From positions 310,001 to 374,000 of the forward strand of contig JBDOQK010000035.1 of the NCBI GenBank assembly GCA_040437565.1: DNA of 64,000 nt, written 5' to 3'. Positions 59,001 through 64,000 of the stretch are shown piece by piece. Each line of letters starts with the position of its first letter. Positions within the stretch are counted from its first letter, which is position 1. Position numbers and translations under genes: made by a program. The notes below the pieces were generated by a model. It was given only the letters and a program-made list of their open reading frames with translations, was not told the DNA's origin and searched no databases. This DNA is from Albugo candida. Its lineage: Eukaryota.

Positions 59001-61139
59001 CCTTTGCTTCCGCCACTTTGTTTTTCAACGCAAGCTGAGCCTCTGAAGGATCTTGCTCTTGCGTTTCTGAAAACCAGCTTGTTTCTTCGGCACTTACGAG
59101 GACTCTCTTCTTCTGGATAAGATCGACTTCTTTATGTTGAATGCAAAAACCGACAGTCTACTTTTGTAAATCGCCGTCATTTTCAACCCGATCAAAGTCC
59201 ACATCGGTCATACGCAACGTTGTGTCATGCAACATTTGGCGGTATCGGTGCCTAGTCGACGCAGGACCTCTTCTTTCAAGTGTAAACTGTCCCAATCCAG
59301 TCAGCGAATCTTTTCCCGCAAAATGAACAAACCACGTTCTCAGCACCAAATATTCCGTGCCCTTCGCGAATTCGAAGTTTAGCTTCACCACGTGACGCAT
59401 TTTCAATTTTTGGTGAGTGAAACTTTGAATTCGAATTGATATCGCTAGATCTTGAATTGCTAACCACACTCCCTTTTTTCGTATCTGGGCTATAATCGTT
59501 GGGATAGCTACTGTTTCGTCGTTACCTCTGTCCGAAGTGCTCACAACTTCGCGACCATCTGCGATCCATCCCAATATAGTCTCTTCTTGGCTGCTCGGAG
59601 ACCGCTCCATCAATCGTTCGGTTACCGGTCATAGTTTTTTTTCTGCTACTTTTGTCAAATACTTTTCTTGCCTCCTCTGCAGTGACACTTGGGCAGTGAA
59701 ACACTCCGTGATCCTTTGTACCACACTTGTAGCATGCACCACGTGTAACCCTTACTGTTTTTTTACCTTCGCTTTTCCACAAAAGTTTGACTGACCTCGA
59801 TTTTAAATTTGCAATGTCTCGTTACATCAAAGGCCTGTCTGTCAGTACTTTTTGACGGCTATCGTCCGGTAAAAACGATTCGAATTTGAGAAAACTTGTC
59901 AGCTGTATCTTGATCCAGTTCACAGAACCTCCCGTTAATCCTTTCATTGATTCATTTTCATTTTCTTCATAATTGTCTGAAACACTGTCCTCGGACGCAA
60001 CACGTTGGTGAGATGAGCCACTGCGATCTCCGGCTCGTTTACTGTGCACATCTCCAAATCATGCATGTCCAATATTCTTATATAGTCTGTAAGTAAAGGC
60101 ACTACTCTTTAATCCACATCTTACAGGTTTGTGTCCATGCTGAGATCTTATGCATCTCTTCCCAATTTTTCGTAGTCATCGGTCTGGGAAGTCCGTGCGG
60201 AGAGGAAGTAGTTCAGCCAATCTTGTTCCGTCATGTCCCCCTCCGGCTTCTGTACTTCAATTTACAAATTCGTTTCATAACTTTGTGGTCGATACATGCA
60301 CCAAAAGGCACCAGAAATACACGACTTCCAGTGATTGCATTGAGCAACCTTACGTGGCGATCTTACACCATATACAGGTCCATCAACTCTCTCTTCTCTG
60401 TTTTTGTACTTTCCCTGCACATCGGGGTTTTGGAATATTTCCCCAGTGGCCAGCGTTAAGCGCTCCGTGCAAATATCGCTTATCCCATCGGTGGACCTCT
60501 CATCCTGATTCTTGACGTGCTTCTCTAGTCACGCGGCGCGGTCGCTCCTCTAGATATGATCTCTTGTTTTCTGCATGCTTATAGCCTCAGGTGCCTCTTT
60601 CAACGCTTATAACATATCGGCCAGAAACTCTTTCTGTTGCTTTGATTTTTCGTTTCATGGATTGCTGTTGCTCATTTAACGCCAGCTTTGTCTGATACTG
60701 CTGAGCCAGATCTTCCTGTGTCTTGTGCGTTTTTCTTCACTGTGTCGCGCCCGTCCCTCCGAAGCATCCGACACGATGGACGTCTGCAACGCTCTTCCCA
60801 GTATAACCCGTCTTACCTGGGTCTGCTAAATATCTTGTATGAAGTGCTCCGCTCCATTCGCAGAGGGTTTGTCATCCGTCGTTACCACTCAAGGCACACT
60901 TACTTGGTAGCACGGTACTTTCGGCAAAAAAATTCTTTGTTATAAGTCCGCAATTCAAAATGCAGCCTCGCTTCTCCACTTAAAAAGAACACGGCCCCCG
61001 TATGGCGTTTTTCTTAGTGGTAAAAAAGTCTCTCTTATTTAGCTACCACTCCTTGTTGAGCTGTAAACCCGCTATCCTATACCCAGATCCGCACCCGTGA
61101 CCCAACTACAACGTACCCAGAAACAGGATAGACAGAACA
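56005..61139 (-). mobile_element. Degenerate Ty3/Gypsy chromovirus-type LTR retrotransposon inserted in the LINE RT
   Basis: Zinc knuckle CYKCGTKDHGVFHC; RT MDFFNSYWQF...GVFTPT..LMG; integrase YILVLKDDASKYV; chromodomain LVKWRGLDESE. PPT GAAGGAAG|TGTTGG at 56091. Direct repeat 56013-56091 versus 61062-61139. Confidence 0.88.
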
Positions 61140-61795
61140 CATCATCGCACAGCTGTTTTTGATCTTGATCAATTAGTTCTGGCAAAAACCGTTGCAATCG
61201 ATACGCCAACACTTTTGAATGTACTTTCACATCGACAAGCAGGAGTGCGATTGGTCGATAGTTACCAGGATCACCTCGCAATTGTGTTGCATAAAAAGGT
61301 GACTGCCGAGTACCGTTGTGATCGAAGAAGGATACCTCTTTCCAGATCATATTTAAACACGATCATCAGATACTCCTCAAACGTGTCCCGATCAGGCTGA
61401 TATAATGCAGCTGGTAGTCAAACCATGCCTGAAGAAGAAGACTCCGCATGTCCTTCATCGCTTCCGCCATCTCAGTAGTACTTCAGCGAGTTGAGAGACG
61501 GGTTTGGTCTTGTGACGAAAGGGAAAATCGAATTAAATCAAGTAGCTTTTTCTAATTTCTCTCACTTGGATCAGCTGCGGCTGTCTCCGAGCAATAGAGA
61601 GAGACCATGAAACCACACCAATGATCTCTGAATTTGTCTATGATCTCTCTCGGGCTCGATATCACGGTGACAAATTTTTTTGTCACATTTTCGATCGGCA
61701 CGTGACGACAAGAACTATCCGAAGAGCGGAAAAATGATTGGAGGAGCCCGTCATATACTTCACGTGATGATCAAAATTCTCATCTTGGTTGAATT

Positions 61796-63435
61796 TGTTG
61801 AAGAAAGTAGGATAAGTTCAGAAGAAATTCGGACAAGATCAGAAGAGTCGGATAAGATCAAGAGTCAGATAAGATTAGATCATTAATAGCGCGGAAAGAT
61901 GAGATAAGAAATAGGTTACTAATACTATAGAGTAGCGATATGGGAATGTGGTATAGGCTTAGAATATCTTTTTGAGAACTAAGGACCTACAATATAGTTA
62001 ATTTCCAGTTTGACTACAATAGGTTAACAACCACAACTCTTGTTTTTCTCAAAAGCTACGAACTCTATCAAAATGGATATGTTGAGAAAATACAATTACT
62101 TCAGCTGGGAATTCAGTGCTCGAATGCAGCTGATGCGTAAGGGGTTGCTGGACCATATTGACCGGGTAAAAACACCAAGCGAGTATGACAGCAACGCGGG
62201 GATTTGGAAGGTCAATGACATGAAGGCATNNNNNNNNNNNNNNNNNNNNNNNNNNNNNNNNNNNNNNNNNNNNNNNNNNNNNNNNNNNNNNNNNNNNNNN
62301 NNNNNNNNNNNNNNNNNNNNNNNNNNNNNAGATCTCGGAAAAGTCAAATTTATGCTGGGCATTCAAGTCGATTATGACCGAGAGCAACGTTCAATAAAAT
62401 CTGTCAAACTTCAAGCATCAATAAAATGGTCAAATAGTTCAACCAAGTGGACGCCAAGCTCGTTTGAAACCCAAATGTTTAAGGACAACTTTTATCGGCA
62501 ATCGAAAAAGAAGATGAAGGAATGAAGTTTCGGCCTTATCGCTCCTTGGTTGGCTCACTCTTGTATATTTCGAATGGAACAAGGCCAGATATCGCGTATT
62601 CAGTTGGGTAACTAAGTCGACATCTGGAACGGCCTAGTGAAGAGCTTTGGAAGGCAGCGATAAGGGTCCTGCGTTATTTGAAGTCAACTAGTGATATGGG
62701 GATTAATTACACCGGCAGTGACAAATATTTATGCGTTTGTGCACATAGTGACGCAGATTGGGCGAATAACAAGGAATCCAGAAGATCTGTATCGGGAATC
62801 ATGGTTATGATAAATGGTGCGCCCATTATTTTCAAATCAAAGATTCAGCAAAGTGTAGCCCTGAGTACTGCCGAGGCAGAGTACATCGCCCTATCACTCT
62901 GTATGAAAGAAGTTTTATGGCTGAAAAGCTTATTATGGGAACTGAAATCAATCAAAAGATCAAAATATTTGAGGACAATCAAAGTGCCATCGCAATCGCG
63001 AAAAACGATGGATATCAAAGCAGAGCAAAACATATAGACATCCGTTATCATTTCATTCGTGATCATATAAAGGATGAAAAAAAATTGTGATCGAGTATAT
63101 CGACTCCAAAAATCAGCTTGCCGATTTTTTGACGAAGCCTATTTCGAAAAAGCAATTTCAGGATTTGGTTCGTCTGGCAAAAATCAAGAATTGTGTGTCG
63201 TGGGTGAGTGTTGAAGAAAGTAGGATAAGTTAGAAGAAAGTCGGACAAGATCAGAAGAGTCGGATAAGATCAAGAGTCAGATAAGATTAGATCATTAATA
63301 GCGCGGAAAGGTGAGATAAGAAATAGGTTACTAATAGTATAGAGTAGCGATATAGGGAATGTGGTATAGGCTTAGACTATCTTTTTGAGAACTAAGGACC
63401 TACAAATATAGTTACTTTCCAATTTGACTACAATG
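61796..63435 (+). mobile_element. Youngest dateable Copia in the window: LTRs 61796-62021 and 63209-63435 with GAATT target-site duplication; most of the interior is hidden in the 62230-62329 gap
   Basis: The LTRs differ by about 7 substitutions and 3 one-base indels (manual count). GAATT at 61791-61795 and 63436-63440. Gag NYFSWEF; RNase H HSDADWANNKESRRSVSG and VALSTAEAEY. Confidence 0.93.
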
Positions 63436-64000
63436 GAATTAGGCACCGTTTTCGGCCGAAATTCAAGACTCGATTAGTAAAAATGCTGTGACTGATCAGT
63501 GTCTTGAGCGAGCTGCTGCGACTCACGTCGTCTATCTTGTGCAATTTATTGCTTTGACAGCTCGAGGATATTCAAATGGTCCTAATGAACTTTTCCAATA
63601 TCCTAGCCCGGAAGATTGAGTTGGATTTGCGAAAGGTACTTCCCGTGCCAGATAATCTCCCACATTTCGTGGGAGGAGATCTTGCGCGATTGTGGTCGTG
63701 TAACTACGTTTTTTAGGAGGATGTTGGACTCGCGAAGCGTCTACCACACCCAACTGCGAAAGCCATTCCAAACACGCTGACCGAGTAGGTTCATGTCGAT
63801 TCGTTCCACTTAAAGCATCGCTAGCTCGAGCAAGTGATGTCTTGACATCATCATAAATGAGATATGGTGCGATCGATCTGAAAGTTTAAATAAGCAACAT
63901 ATCATAGAAGACACTTTGTTCATCTATCATGGATGCACATACATAGTGAATATGCACTGGTGCAACCTCAATGAGAAGATTAAAAAGATAATGCAGATTT

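Larger units (their letters stand above)
7603..62329. other. Ten 100-N scaffold gaps: 7603, 13464, 22321, 26898, 31546, 42731, 49376, 51773, 53233, 62230 (start positions)
   Basis: Seen directly. All except 7603 and 62230 are flanked by direct duplications of 36-1685 bp. Confidence 0.97.
55150..63830 (-). mobile_element. Dead LINE (L1/Tx1-like ORF2) split into three pieces (~63441-63830, 61140-61795, ~55150-56004) by Copia and Gypsy insertions
   Basis: GLGYWK linker; DPGNYRPIALL.VDVK..SKVLAYRLQ..LPELIDQDQK; AFLDFENAHGRVNW; RGVKQGHPLS. The catalytic FADD is mutated to FAGV (~55629-55640). Outer boundaries approximate. Confidence 0.85.

Noticed and set aside
1-64000. CRISPR array, rRNA genes, prokaryotic defence operon, intact RXLR/CRN effectors
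   Set aside because: No repeat-spacer array, rRNA motifs or intact signal-peptide effector ORFs were seen; the sequence is spliced eukaryotic DNA.

Overview
Eukaryotic DNA, most likely from an Albugo-like oomycete (inferred from 42-85 nt GT-AG introns, very short intergenic spaces, and oomycete-type Copia, Gypsy and LINE families). A compact gene block at about 8.7-37.6 kb holds a UBZ/PHD zinc-finger protein, a MYB factor, FAM161-like, NRAMP, a large ARM-repeat protein, a SulP-STAS-cNMP transporter, a Cys-rich/BTB protein, a nucleotide-sugar transporter, a UreH/NiCoT-like protein, a ~6TM-TKL (pseudo)kinase, a GT2-like remnant and RPB5. It is flanked by nested, degenerate transposon regions (1-8 kb and 38.9-64 kb): about nine Copia copies or fragments, a chromodomain Gypsy inside a LINE, and a Tc1/mariner-type MITE. 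Ten 100-N gaps occur; eight have identical or near-identical sequence on both sides and create artefactual duplications, including the second MYB copy. The most unusual object is a ~570-bp insertion at 51524-52238 with a 17-18 bp target-site duplication. It carries two back-to-back tRNA-derived Pol III heads refolded into new hairpins, and the 3' end of one arm is antisense to the 5' end of the other. All calls are from reading the sequence by eye; no database search was run.
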